Shown here piece by piece: positions 35,669-46,321 of a stretch of DNA of 64,000 nt. The translations under genes and the position numbers were made by a program. The first letter of the stretch is position 1; each line of letters starts with the position of its first letter. Location of the stretch: positions 64,001 through 128,000 of the IMG/VR virus record IMGVR_UViG_3300028388_004019. One strand, 5' to 3'. The notes beneath the pieces are model-generated. The model was not told the DNA's origin and made no database searches. It was given only the letters and a program-made list of their open reading frames with translations. Origin of the DNA: a virus.

Positions 35669-38600
35669 AACGTTTCTTGATTTAAGATAAATTTATCTAT
35701 AAACTTATTCATCGAACTAGCACCTTTTCTCAAACCGAAATAGAAGAAGTAAGGTGAACCAGTTTGTATTTTATTTCTGAACTGTGTTGGTTTTGTTGTT
35801 GTAACCTGGACTGTATTTCCTGATATGGTTGAATTGTATATGTACCCAGGTCTTTGAGTTGTTGGTTTATGTATGTTAGTGTTGAATGTGTTTTGTGATG
35901 TCAGCCTATCTTCACTTTGATAATTGACGGAACCAATACCATCTTGTGATTTTTTACTATACCAATCATTATCTTGAGTTCCGAATATTGTTGAAGAATT
36001 ATTGACAATTTGCCATTTGTGATATGGAACCAATTGGTCGTTATGACCGTAATTGTCTGTCAAAGTAACATTGAAAGTATCCTCAAATGTAAATTTACCT
36101 GGACTAATCATATCACGGTTAATAGTATTTGCACTGAAGAATATACCTAAGGTTGGGTCATTCCCATCTTTTATATATCTTATTTGTTCATCTGAATAAT
36201 TAGAACCTAAATATGGTACTACACCAAACTCAGAATTAATACTCAATAATTGAGCTACATCCCCATCCAATCTCTGATTGTCTCTTGAGAATAATTTTTG
36301 TACAGAACCATCACCTAATCCTACTATTTGTTCCCAAAATCCTGAATCAGTAAGTCGACTTATGGCAAATAATTGTAATATATCAGACGTGTCGTTATAC
36401 GAACTACTTTTGACTTTATCAATGATATATCCCTGAAATTCTGGATTAAAACATATTTCTTTCGTAAATAAATCTCTTGGACCTAAATCCATAATTGTAG
36501 TTGGGTTACCCAAAAACTTTTTATTGGCACCATTAGACCTACCAAGTATATTATTCTGTATTGCATTGTCTCTACCGATAAATCTATTACCTTGTGGTCG
36601 ATTAGGATTGTATGGAGAAGCTCGATAGTAGAATGAATTAGTAACCAATTGATACATCGCAGTATCTTTACAATAAACATATTCAGGATTTGTGGTATAT
36701 GTTGTCTTATTAATATCATTACCGTAAAGGTCAGTCTTTTGGAATGCATACATATACATCGCTCCGTTTATCCAATTATTAACGAAGGTCAGACTGACAA
36801 CGTTATTACATAATGCAAACATCATTCTAAATCTTGCTCTCCATTCAGCAATAGATTGGAAATCTTCACCGATTGCAAAGTTTTTAGTTATAAGGTAATA
36901 ACAACCCTTATACATCTTCTTTATCTCTTTTTTGTTATCAACATAATAACATCTATCATCTTCAGGTTGAACACCAATAGTTTGACCATATCCAGTATAA
37001 CACTCCAATGGAACCATTTTTTCACATGAAAAAGTTTCATTAATCTGTGTACTAATAGCACCCGCATCTTCATTGAAGTCATCACCACCGTCACCAAATC
37101 CACTGTCACTTCCGAAATTGAATGACGTAGACTCTCCATCGTCCGTAATCGTATAGATGGAAAACCTTTTGTTTTGGTGTAGAGAAAACCTCTTGTAGGT
37201 GTTGTCGGATGTCGGTAATCTATCCGTTCTCATAACCAACTTGGATGAGTCTGACATTGTTAATGACTGATTAGGGATTTTTTTATAATATACTGGTGAT
37301 GCATAAGACCAATCATTATCACTATTAGGCGTAGCTCCTTGAGACATCATCAAACTACCACCTTCAACAACCTCATCTTCTCTATAATTAAATTTGAAAT
37401 CATTGTTTTGTTCCATCCGACCCCAGTTTCCTATTACATTTACAAAATTCGGAGTCCTGACTGCTTTGTTTTCATTTTTAACATTTTTATTATAAAGAGT
37501 ATTAGTAGTATCCATTGAAGAATAATACTTATAATTTCTATTATTATAAGTTTGATACATTGAAGAATTAGGGGAAAATGAGAATGAATCAAAATATATC
37601 GGTAAACCAGTTTCAGAACAATTAGAACCATTATCACTTATTTTATCATGTCTCGGTATTCTCCAATCACTGTTAGCATTTGAATACGGTTGAATAGGTA
37701 TATTCATTTTAAATTTACCTCTAACTTGAGGACCACTACCCATATTAAATCCATACAATTTAGATAAGTCATATTTAATATCCTGTCTTGGTGTATTGGG
37801 GTCGACACCTCTCACCAAAAATACAACACAATGATTTTGCCAATCCGGATTTAACTTTATATTCGGAACTTCGGATTCGAAGTAATTACCACTTGTTGCA
37901 CCATTAGGATAAACATCAGGGTCTTTGGATAAACTACCACCTTTTTTAACTTTATGCCATCCAAAAAGGTAGTATTGACCTAAGGTATTATTTGGATTCC
38001 CATATGATGTCAACCCATTCGAACTACTACTCATGGTATTTTCATAATCAGCAAGAGTCTGCCCCGTGATGACTTGGAAATATTCGATATCAGATGCAAA
38101 ATCATAATTAACTGAACTCCCTGTAGTACCTGTGATTATGTAATTATTAATAGCTGAACCCAAATTAGTCGGTGACATAGATTTGATTTGTACCGTTGAA
38201 GTAGTTTGTGTACTAAAAATTGTAGTACCTGTTGTACCCCCACTTACATTCGGGTCGTTTGACATTTCAGGGTCGTTGAATGTTACAATAGTACCCGACG
38301 TGAATGTTGATAATTGACCAGAATCCAAAACTAACATAACAACATTATCACTATGTTTTTTGGAATTATTTTCTGTTGGATTGATGTAAGTGTCAATTCT
38401 ATTGTATCCACCATGTTGATGATATTTCGCTTTGACGTTAAAAAGATTAAATCTTTCACTCAACGGTAAATCTCTCGACCAAGTATCTTTTGTTACATTA
38501 GGGTTTTGTTTTTTATCCAACCACGGACTAAGTGATTGTTGTTCATCACCATATATATCATTACCCGCCATGACAGTAAGAAAACCGTCTGTGAACTTTT

Positions 38601-40830
38601 CCCATTCAGAGACATCATCATTATGATAACCAACAAAATCTGAATAAAATTCTGATTCATTAGTATTAATCAAGAGTGTAGTATTACTTTCAATTTCGGG
38701 AAATTCTGTATTCTGACCCGCTTCTCTGTCTTCACACGCACATGCCTGACACTCAGGATAAGAGAGGTTAGGTAGAGGAATCGCAGATAGAGGACACTTC
38801 TTTGATAACGAAGGAAAATTGAGTGGTGCTATTGGTTCTTTTTTACTACCAAAAAATTTTCTAATTACATTTATTACTGTAATAATAGAATTAATTACAA
38901 CAACTACTACAGTCACTAAGAAATTTAATATAATCCTTATGACCGGCCATAAAAAACAAATAACATGACCTATGACCGTCAATGCTAATATCACAGGAGT
39001 AAATACTGATAATAAAATATTGATAATTAGAAATAATAGATTGAAGTTTCTAACCCCGTCGTTTGTTGGAAACTTATTAGTGTCATTCTCACAACCTCTA
39101 TCCAATATCTCCTTAATACCTAAGAACCTCGCACGACCATAACCCTGTCTATACTCATCAATCATCATTGATGGTGTATAAACCTTATTGTAATTCATCA
39201 AATAGAATGAATCCTCACAATTAATCGCCACTTGCTTGTCAACATATTCATCCCAATCTAAAGAGAACGCATATGACTTTTGGAATTGAATGTAATCGTA
39301 ATCATACTGTTTGACTTCAACAGTAACATCTTGTCCTATAGTTTGTGGTGGATTACCAACCTCCGTAGTCTTTTTCGTTACTTCAATAGTCAAAGTACCA
39401 CCATTAGGAAATTCTATCCACTTTTCATTTCTGACCAATCCATTAACTGTCAAATTGATAGCCTCGAGATTGTCATTGAAAGGAATTGTCACCGTAGTGT
39501 TCGACGGTATGGTAATACTTTTTGTCTCAGTAACTTGACTCTGATTTAAAAAATCAACTTCAAGAATAGTCTCCGTATCTTTTGTTGATGGGTCAACACC
39601 CGAATTTTGGACTGAACCGTTCCACCCATATTCTCTAATCTGTGGAACAATAAAGTTGGCTCTTTGAACTTCTCCAACTATTGGGAAAATTTGGTCACCC
39701 TCAAAAGGTGGTCCATTTTCTTCTGATTGATACTTAATCTTAAATCTATACTTACCCTTTGTAGGAATACCAATTGCAGGGTCATTAGATAAGACCGTCT
39801 CACCAAACTCATTGGTCACCACATAATCTAAGTTCATCGGAACGTCGGTAACAAAGGCACCATCCTCATCAATTACCTTACCTGAATTTGGTAAACTATA
39901 TTGTTCCAACACTGGGTCCCCATTTTGGTCTACATCAATGGTCTGCCTGACCGCCAATATCTCACCTGGCCCTGTCGCTAAATTACATAAATCACCTTGT
40001 TCAGTTCTTGGCTTACAGTTTGGTTTTATCGGCCTACTCTCGACATCACTGAAGATAGAACCCATAAACACAGCTGTGGGTTGAATCTCAATACCCAAAT
40101 CTCTTAAATCAAAATCATTTCTTGTAATACCAATATTACACAGGTCCTCTTGACCCCAAAAAGAAGCTACATCAATATCTTTTACTTGTGTTATAATTTG
40201 TGGTAATTCATCAATATTTGTGGACGCTTTGAAGTTAGAACCGTCGAACTGCTCAGCAATACCCATATTCATTCTAATCAAATCCTGAGGTCTCAAAGAA
40301 AAACAACCCATGTCAGATAGGTCCATATCCAAAACAATCTTCTGATTACCCAACGGCACACCAGTAATCATAAAATCACCAGAAGTGTTTGTCTTCACTG
40401 TAAATTTGTAATACTTCTCATAGATTTCCAATACCTCGTTACGAGTAAGAACGTCAGACCTTGAAGGGAATGTACCTGTCGGCGTATGACCTCCATATTG
40501 TTTTTCATAAGGTAATAGATTATATCGATATCCATCTTCATTTTTATCAGAAGGGGATTTGTAAGGATATAAAGCTGATATTACTGGGTCCTCTAAGTCC
40601 ATATCATCGACAGGTATGAAGATAGAAACTCTAGCATTTGGTATACCAAATCCACTATTTGCAACTACACGACCAACAACCACACCATAATCAGCACAGA
40701 ATCTGGAATACACATCTTCCTGTCTTAACTTCAACGATAAGATTTCAAGAAAATCGAAGTCCTGCTCCACATTCACACGAATGTTTTGGTCAGTCCCTAA
40801 CTTAGTACGTATTCTATATGATTTAGACAT
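35665..40830 (-). CDS. Large baseplate-region protein with an N-terminal carboxypeptidase-regulatory-like domain and a long hydrophobic segment, 1721 aa
   Basis: GVVVGRV..GIPNARVSIF..TNTSGDFMITGVPLG; ~65-aa hydrophobic run at ~38850-39050, followed by C..C..C.C. Confidence 0.65.
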   Translation of the reverse strand: MSKSYRIRTKLGTDQNIRVNVEQDFDFLEILSLKLRQEDVYSRFCADYGVVVGRVVANSGFGIPNARVSIFIPVDDMDLEDPVISALYPYKSPSDKNEDGYRYNLLPYEKQYGGHTPTGTFPSRSDVLTRNEVLEIYEKYYKFTVKTNTSGDFMITGVPLGNQKIVLDMDLSDMGCFSLRPQDLIRMNMGIAEQFDGSNFKASTNIDELPQIITQVKDIDVASFWGQEDLCNIGITRNDFDLRDLGIEIQPTAVFMGSIFSDVESRPIKPNCKPRTEQGDLCNLATGPGEILAVRQTIDVDQNGDPVLEQYSLPNSGKVIDEDGAFVTDVPMNLDYVVTNEFGETVLSNDPAIGIPTKGKYRFKIKYQSEENGPPFEGDQIFPIVGEVQRANFIVPQIREYGWNGSVQNSGVDPSTKDTETILEVDFLNQSQVTETKSITIPSNTTVTIPFNDNLEAINLTVNGLVRNEKWIEFPNGGTLTIEVTKKTTEVGNPPQTIGQDVTVEVKQYDYDYIQFQKSYAFSLDWDEYVDKQVAINCEDSFYLMNYNKVYTPSMMIDEYRQGYGRARFLGIKEILDRGCENDTNKFPTNDGVRNFNLLFLIINILLSVFTPVILALTVIGHVICFLWPVIRIILNFLVTVVVVVINSIITVINVIRKFFGSKKEPIAPLNFPSLSKKCPLSAIPLPNLSYPECQACACEDREAGQNTEFPEIESNTTLLINTNESEFYSDFVGYHNDDVSEWEKFTDGFLTVMAGNDIYGDEQQSLSPWLDKKQNPNVTKDTWSRDLPLSERFNLFNVKAKYHQHGGYNRIDTYINPTENNSKKHSDNVVMLVLDSGQLSTFTSGTIVTFNDPEMSNDPNVSGGTTGTTIFSTQTTSTVQIKSMSPTNLGSAINNYIITGTTGSSVNYDFASDIEYFQVITGQTLADYENTMSSSSNGLTSYGNPNNTLGQYYLFGWHKVKKGGSLSKDPDVYPNGATSGNYFESEVPNIKLNPDWQNHCVVFLVRGVDPNTPRQDIKYDLSKLYGFNMGSGPQVRGKFKMNIPIQPYSNANSDWRIPRHDKISDNGSNCSETGLPIYFDSFSFSPNSSMYQTYNNRNYKYYSSMDTTNTLYNKNVKNENKAVRTPNFVNVIGNWGRMEQNNDFKFNYREDEVVEGGSLMMSQGATPNSDNDWSYASPVYYKKIPNQSLTMSDSSKLVMRTDRLPTSDNTYKRFSLHQNKRFSIYTITDDGESTSFNFGSDSGFGDGGDDFNEDAGAISTQINETFSCEKMVPLECYTGYGQTIGVQPEDDRCYYVDNKKEIKKMYKGCYYLITKNFAIGEDFQSIAEWRARFRMMFALCNNVVSLTFVNNWINGAMYMYAFQKTDLYGNDINKTTYTTNPEYVYCKDTAMYQLVTNSFYYRASPYNPNRPQGNRFIGRDNAIQNNILGRSNGANKKFLGNPTTIMDLGPRDLFTKEICFNPEFQGYIIDKVKSSSYNDTSDILQLFAISRLTDSGFWEQIVGLGDGSVQKLFSRDNQRLDGDVAQLLSINSEFGVVPYLGSNYSDEQIRYIKDGNDPTLGIFFSANTINRDMISPGKFTFEDTFNVTLTDNYGHNDQLVPYHKWQIVNNSSTIFGTQDNDWYSKKSQDGIGSVNYQSEDRLTSQNTFNTNIHKPTTQRPGYIYNSTISGNTVQVTTTKPTQFRNKIQTGSPYFFYFGLRKGASSMNKFIDKFILNQETL

Positions 40831-40844
40831 AATGCAGTTTTAAG

Positions 40845-40851
40845 ATAAATA
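40845..40851 (-). promoter_or_regulatory. TATTTAT motif
   Basis: ataaata 14 nt upstream of ATG 40830. Confidence 0.6.
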
Positions 40852-40905
40852 CCCATTTATCCATTTTACAAATGTAAACCCACAAGTATCTGATGTAAAT
40901 TATTA

Positions 40906-42744
40906 TTATTTGTAATCGACGTTTTTAAGGTTTTTAACTCTGACCTTAATATCTTTCTCAGGGAATCTTACTTGGTAAATCTGTGAAGGTTCCGCAAAAA
41001 TGGTTTCATCAATTAATTGAATTTCTTTCGTGTCGTCGTCCGAATATCTTTGTGATGTTTCAGCTGAAGAATATTGACCCCCAACTTTATTGTAAACTTT
41101 TAATTCAGTAATTGAAATCACACCAGCAACATTTTGAATGATTTGTTTCAGTTGAGATACAAAAATGTTTTCACCCATGGACCTATCTGTTGGTGTCATA
41201 TATTTTGATACCTCATCTATAATTTTAGTTATGACCGTTCCTTGATTCTGACCTGAATCTAATACTACAGATAAATCATATTCCAAATCAATAACTTGAC
41301 CAACATTCACTGAGATGTAGTCGTTAATCATTCTATATTTTGATAGGTAGTTAGCGATATTTTGTTTCAATGTGTTTGATACTGTCTGAGTCAAACTACC
41401 GTTTGCATCATAAGATAAGACATTGATGTTAATCTTATTATCTTTTTCGGTGATTGCTGTCTTTGCAGGTGCACCGTATTTTCCAGGCATCTTTCTAACC
41501 AAGGCGTTATAATCATTGATGGTCACCGCTCTATTTTGAGAAGCGAAGTTAAATGTCACCATATTCCTTGCCTCTTCTATAGACGGTTGATTAGCCCCAC
41601 CAATAGCCGCAGTCACATTATTGACCGTCAACGAATTGATTACAGTTTGATTATTTGTATTCGAAGGACCATTTACAAAAAAGTTTACCGTCCCCACTTG
41701 GTTGATTGCATTAACTCCAATGTTAGACGCCGTTCCACCACCAACTCTATACTTAACGAATAATGTAGTATTTGCTTTTACAGTCCTACCCAATCCAATA
41801 TTATTTTGATAATCTTGTATTCTTAATGATACCCCATTTCTTGCAAATTCAGCAAGTTGGTCGTCAGGTGTTGTTGTTCCACCACCAAACTGTACTTTCA
41901 TAAATCCTTGAGGGGTGTATTCAGTGATGAATCTTTCCTCAGTATCTATGTATTTACCAACTTTGATACCTGGTAAATCTGAAGGTTTTGTAGTGTCCTC
42001 AACAAAAACTGTACTCTCAGCTAAAGAATCAACCTCATACCATCTGTCTTGAGCATTAACAAATTCAGAATATGTCGGTGTTGACTGAAAAGAAGTACCG
42101 TCTTTTTGAATGATATCTACAACTTCTAATACATTCTGTTCTGGTAAGAAAAACTCAAAAAATGGTTTTACATCATTTGGATTTATAGTCTTCTTGAATA
42201 CTTTGGTAAGTCCGTTGACTACTACTTCTCTCTTAGTAATAGTGTAATTTATTAATACATTATTGGAGTCGAAATTTGGAATTTTAGTCCTGTTTGGAAA
42301 ACCCTCATTATTATATTGTGAAGCAAAATCAATATCATATACATTTTCGAATACTTGACCCGCACCAATAACTTGGGAACCTGCTCTTAAGATACCCAAG
42401 TACCTCGAATCTTCTTGGTCACCCAATGCCGGTACTGTAATAGAAAAATCAACAATCGCAACAGATGGTCTGTTACCAGGTATCTTTAGACCATAAGTTC
42501 TTGCAATGTTAAATATAGATGAACGTTGTTGTGCATATTGAAGTACAGTTTCTTGAATACTTCTGTCAATATGGTAATTGAGATTATCACCAATTGCTGC
42601 GTTCAAATCCATGAGTACAGAATATACAGCAGCATCATTGAAGTTATCGATTAATTCAGGGTAATATTGTCTCGTATAGTTTACGAGGTCCTGTCTTAAA
42701 CCTTCAAAGTCTCTTTCTGTATATGAAATCTTCTTACTCGCCAT
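40906..42744 (-). CDS. Baseplate wedge subunit, T4 gp6/baseplate J-like, 612 aa
   Basis: YTERDFEGLRQDLVNY..FNDAAVYSVLMDLNAAIGD.L.Y.ID..IQE..L..A..R.S; YRVGGG..SN; FASQNRAVTINDY. Confidence 0.88.
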   Translation of the reverse strand: MASKKISYTERDFEGLRQDLVNYTRQYYPELIDNFNDAAVYSVLMDLNAAIGDNLNYHIDRSIQETVLQYAQQRSSIFNIARTYGLKIPGNRPSVAIVDFSITVPALGDQEDSRYLGILRAGSQVIGAGQVFENVYDIDFASQYNNEGFPNRTKIPNFDSNNVLINYTITKREVVVNGLTKVFKKTINPNDVKPFFEFFLPEQNVLEVVDIIQKDGTSFQSTPTYSEFVNAQDRWYEVDSLAESTVFVEDTTKPSDLPGIKVGKYIDTEERFITEYTPQGFMKVQFGGGTTTPDDQLAEFARNGVSLRIQDYQNNIGLGRTVKANTTLFVKYRVGGGTASNIGVNAINQVGTVNFFVNGPSNTNNQTVINSLTVNNVTAAIGGANQPSIEEARNMVTFNFASQNRAVTINDYNALVRKMPGKYGAPAKTAITEKDNKININVLSYDANGSLTQTVSNTLKQNIANYLSKYRMINDYISVNVGQVIDLEYDLSVVLDSGQNQGTVITKIIDEVSKYMTPTDRSMGENIFVSQLKQIIQNVAGVISITELKVYNKVGGQYSSAETSQRYSDDDTKEIQLIDETIFAEPSQIYQVRFPEKDIKVRVKNLKNVDYK

Positions 42745-42750
42745 CTACTA

Positions 42751-43215
42751 TTAAATATTTATAATTATGAAATCTTTGGTTTGAAATGTATTATCAGTCA
42801 CTGTAAAATCAATTCTTAATTTTGCAGTATACTCTTCAACACCACGGCCAGGTATTCTATATATACCTCCAACACCTAACTTTTCAGTATTCAACTCACC
42901 TTGAGCATCCAAATCCTCTAAGTAAGGTGTGATTGTGATTTCATTTATTGTTAAATTAGGGATATACTTTTCGACCGCATTTTCGATATCAGACTTTATA
43001 GCTTGGAAACTTGTACCATCCATCGGTTCGAAAATAAATTCATATATTCTTGTTCCAAAATCAGGTAAATAATATCTACTTCCCTTTCTGGTAAGTATCA
43101 AATGAAGTAAGTCAGTCCTTATCTCCTCATCAGCAGTCTGAGAGAGAGAAAGATACTTTCCATCTTTACTATCCTGAAAAGGAAAATTAATACCATATGT
43201 TTTACCGTCAGCCAT
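42751..43215 (-). CDS. Baseplate wedge subunit, T4 gp25/GpW-like, 154 aa
   Basis: IRTDLLHLILTRKGSRYYLPDFGTRIYEFIFEP..I..AVEKYIP. Confidence 0.9.
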   Translation of the reverse strand: MADGKTYGINFPFQDSKDGKYLSLSQTADEEIRTDLLHLILTRKGSRYYLPDFGTRIYEFIFEPMDGTSFQAIKSDIENAVEKYIPNLTINEITITPYLEDLDAQGELNTEKLGVGGIYRIPGRGVEEYTAKLRIDFTVTDNTFQTKDFIIINI

Positions 43216-43219
43216 TGTC

Positions 43220-43227
43220 TATAAATA
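43220..43227 (-). promoter_or_regulatory. TATTTATA motif 4 nt upstream of the gp25-like ATG
   Basis: tataaata immediately after the nrdA terminator. Confidence 0.65.
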
Positions 43228-43246
43228 TCTTAACTGATTAAATTAT

Positions 43247-43274
43247 AAAAAAAAGAGGACCGAAGTCCTCTTTT
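43247..43274 (-). terminator. Rho-independent terminator after nrdA, cUUCGg loop
   Basis: Minus strand: AAAAGAGGAC-TTCG-GTCCTCTTTTTTTT. Confidence 0.85.
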
Positions 43275-43301
43275 ATCTTAGTTGTCTGTTATTTTTAACA
43301 A

Positions 43302-45008
43302 TTAACCTTCACAAGCAACACACTGAAGGTCATTCAATCCCAACTTCTTTCTTGCGAAAGCTTGAGCTGAATTCATTGAGTGTTGGTAGTACAATGTTTT
43401 AACACCCAACTGCCAAGCTTCAATAAGAAGTTTGTTAACATCCCTTGTTGGCATGTCAGGTGAAATCATTAAGTTCAATGACTGTGATTGGTCAATATAA
43501 GATTGACGAACCGCAGCTTGGTTGATGATTGACGACTGGTTAATTTCAGCAAATGTTCTGAAGATGTCTTTCTGTTCGTCAGTCAAAAAGTCTAAGTGTT
43601 GTACTGAACCATCGCTTTGTTTGATACTGTTCCAAATTTCTTTGGTGTCTTTACCCATCTCAGATAACAACTCCTTAAGAATAGGATTTTTGATGGTTAC
43701 CTTCATCTTAGCCACATCCTTCACGTAACAATTAGACCAAATAGGTTCAATTGATTGTGATACCTGACCTAAGATAAACGCTGAAGATGTTGTTGGTGCA
43801 ATTGCATTCAACGTAACGTTTCTTCTACCGTAACCTTCCAAGTATTCAGGTTCACCGAACATCTTAGCCATTTCCTCAGACGCTGCGTATGATTTTTGTT
43901 TGATTAGTTTGAATACCTCAACATTCAATCTCGCAGTCTCTCTAGTGTCGAATGGTAGACCTCTTTTCTGTAGAAGTGAGTGCCATCCCAATACACCAAG
44001 ACCCAATGCTCTTTGTCTTTTAGCAAAGTTGTAAGCTTTCTCCAAGTAGAAGAAACCTCTCTTACCTTCGATAGTTCCGTTGTCTCTGATATCCTCAATC
44101 TTAGTTAAGAATTCAGTAACAACTGCATCTAAGAACATAGTCATAGTCTCAACAGCATCTGTGTCTTTCCACTCATCATAATGAAGAACATTCATTGATG
44201 ACAATACACAAACGAATGACTCCTCTTCAGAGTTGTGAAGCGCAATCTCAGAACATAAGTTTGAGTTGTAGATTGTCGCATCTTTGTCTTTGTATACGTC
44301 AACAGTGTTGTTGTTCATTGTATCGTGGAACATAATGTATGGGTAACCAATCTCTCCACGTCTTTGGATGACCTTAGCCCAAATCGCTCTTTTCTCTTCG
44401 TCACCTGCAATCATCTCATTCATAAACTCATCAGTTACAGTAACTGCGTGAGTCAAATCCTGAATTGGGAATCCTTCTGTACCAATTTCCAAGAACTCCA
44501 TGATGTCAGGGTGTTCTACAGGAAGGTATGGTGAGAAACGACCACGACGAGTTGAACCCTGTGAGATGTTGTCAACAACACTCTCAAATAGATTCATAAA
44601 GTGTACCGAACCTGGTGCTAAACCGTTGTCAGTAATCTCAGCACCTCTGTGTCTGATGTTACCAAAGTAACCAGAAGTACCACCACCCATCTTACTCATT
44701 TCACCGACCTCAGCCTGTGTGTATAGAATTGACTCGATGTTGTCTCCAATATTAGACCCAAAACAACTTACAGGTAAACCTCTCTTCTTACCGAAGTTAG
44801 CCCATACAGGTGATGATAGGGAATACCATCCCTTACCCATATAGTCATAGAATTTATCTGCAAAACCTTCTATACCTAAAAGGTTTTCTGCATGGTCTGC
44901 GATTGTTCTGATTCTCTCTAGCGGTTCTTCACCTTCACTCAAGTATCCTCTACGGAGGAAGGTAATTGATTCTTCGTTAATCCAGTCAAATGGTTTTCTA
45001 TCGTTCAT
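43302..45008 (-). CDS. nrdA: Ribonucleotide reductase class I alpha subunit, no ATP-cone, 568 aa
   Basis: SPVWANFG..SCF, GGGTSG, NSNLCSEI, CVLSS, AIAPTTSS, KTLYY, C-terminal CVAC. Confidence 0.95.
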   Translation of the reverse strand: MNDRKPFDWINEESITFLRRGYLSEGEEPLERIRTIADHAENLLGIEGFADKFYDYMGKGWYSLSSPVWANFGKKRGLPVSCFGSNIGDNIESILYTQAEVGEMSKMGGGTSGYFGNIRHRGAEITDNGLAPGSVHFMNLFESVVDNISQGSTRRGRFSPYLPVEHPDIMEFLEIGTEGFPIQDLTHAVTVTDEFMNEMIAGDEEKRAIWAKVIQRRGEIGYPYIMFHDTMNNNTVDVYKDKDATIYNSNLCSEIALHNSEEESFVCVLSSMNVLHYDEWKDTDAVETMTMFLDAVVTEFLTKIEDIRDNGTIEGKRGFFYLEKAYNFAKRQRALGLGVLGWHSLLQKRGLPFDTRETARLNVEVFKLIKQKSYAASEEMAKMFGEPEYLEGYGRRNVTLNAIAPTTSSAFILGQVSQSIEPIWSNCYVKDVAKMKVTIKNPILKELLSEMGKDTKEIWNSIKQSDGSVQHLDFLTDEQKDIFRTFAEINQSSIINQAAVRQSYIDQSQSLNLMISPDMPTRDVNKLLIEAWQLGVKTLYYQHSMNSAQAFARKKLGLNDLQCVACEG

Positions 45009-45027
45009 TTTATTTTTCGTTATTTAA

Positions 45028-46308
45028 TTAGAATAAATCGTTTGATGTAATCGATTTAGATTTCTTACTGTAGTTAATACTTCTTTTGTTGAAGAAATCA
45101 GTGTGTTTAGTAGTTAAGATTTCATCGTCAAACCACTCAGTTGTTTCCAACAACGGTTCGTTGATTTCAAAAATACTATCTACACCAATGGAGTTTAATG
45201 ATACATTAAATCTATGTTTAATAAATTCCATTGTCTGACTTTTCGTTAGGAAATCTAAATCACCTTCTTCAAATATCCAATTAACTATTTCTGTTTCTGC
45301 CTCATACGCTTCCATTGTTGCCGCGATAAGGTCTTCTTTTAATTCATCCGTCCACCATGATGGGTTCTCTCCTTTGATAAGGTTTACCAAATCAAATCCA
45401 AATCCAGCATGGATGTTTTCTTCTTTCGATGTTGCTTCAACAGCGTTACTAATACCCTTCAACATGTTCTTATGTTTGTTGAATGACATAATAACTAAAA
45501 ACTGTGAGAACAACGATACATTCTCTACAAACATAGAGAACAATACTACAGATTCAAAGTATTCTTTATCTTCCACTGCTTTTGAGTTAGAGATTGCTTT
45601 CTCCAAATACTTAATTCTTCTACGGATTGCAGGTACCTCGAGTAATGTTTCGAAGTCAGCGTTCAACCCTAAAAGTTGAATTAAGTGTGAGTAAGCGTCA
45701 GCGTGTCTAACCTCAGACTCCGCAAATGTTGCACCTACATTACCAATTTCAGGTTTTGGCATCCTTTTGTAGATGTCACCCCAAAACGTTTTAACGGCAA
45801 TCTCAATTTGTGAGATAGCCAACATCGCTCTCTTTACCGCAGTTTTTTCTTTCTTATCCAAGTTTACTTTGAAATCTTGAATGTCTGAAGTAAAGTTAAA
45901 CTCTGTATGTACCCAATATGAATGTCTGATAGCATCCACATATTCATTAAGATTTGGATATTCGTAAGGTTTAAGATTTGTTCTCTTGGTAAAGATATTT
46001 GGACCGTGATTTTTACGATAAATGATATATTCTTTAGCGACATCATTAAGACCGTTGTCCATCAACTTATTCTCCACCATATCGTGAATTTCATCCACGT
46101 GAGGTACTTTATCTTTTTCATCTCTGAAAATTCCTTTACGAGTGATTCTTGCAATTTTCTCAGCCATTTCATCATCAACTTCACCGACAGACTTCATAGC
46201 CTTCAGTACCGCATATTTGATTTTTTCCGCTTCGAAAAGTACTTGTTCACCACTTCTCTTAATTACATAACGAGTTTCTTTACTGTTCATAGCACTATTG
46301 TTAACCAT
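45028..46308 (-). CDS. nrdB: Ribonucleotide reductase beta subunit with N-terminal ATP-cone, class Id-like, 426 aa
   Basis: VIKRSG..F..EKI..A ATP-cone; ferritin-like ligands QIEIAVK, ESEVRHADAY, FVEN, KEENIH. Confidence 0.93.
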   Translation of the reverse strand: MVNNSAMNSKETRYVIKRSGEQVLFEAEKIKYAVLKAMKSVGEVDDEMAEKIARITRKGIFRDEKDKVPHVDEIHDMVENKLMDNGLNDVAKEYIIYRKNHGPNIFTKRTNLKPYEYPNLNEYVDAIRHSYWVHTEFNFTSDIQDFKVNLDKKEKTAVKRAMLAISQIEIAVKTFWGDIYKRMPKPEIGNVGATFAESEVRHADAYSHLIQLLGLNADFETLLEVPAIRRRIKYLEKAISNSKAVEDKEYFESVVLFSMFVENVSLFSQFLVIMSFNKHKNMLKGISNAVEATSKEENIHAGFGFDLVNLIKGENPSWWTDELKEDLIAATMEAYEAETEIVNWIFEEGDLDFLTKSQTMEFIKHRFNVSLNSIGVDSIFEINEPLLETTEWFDDEILTTKHTDFFNKRSINYSKKSKSITSNDLF

Positions 46309-46321
46309 AATTTATTGTTTA

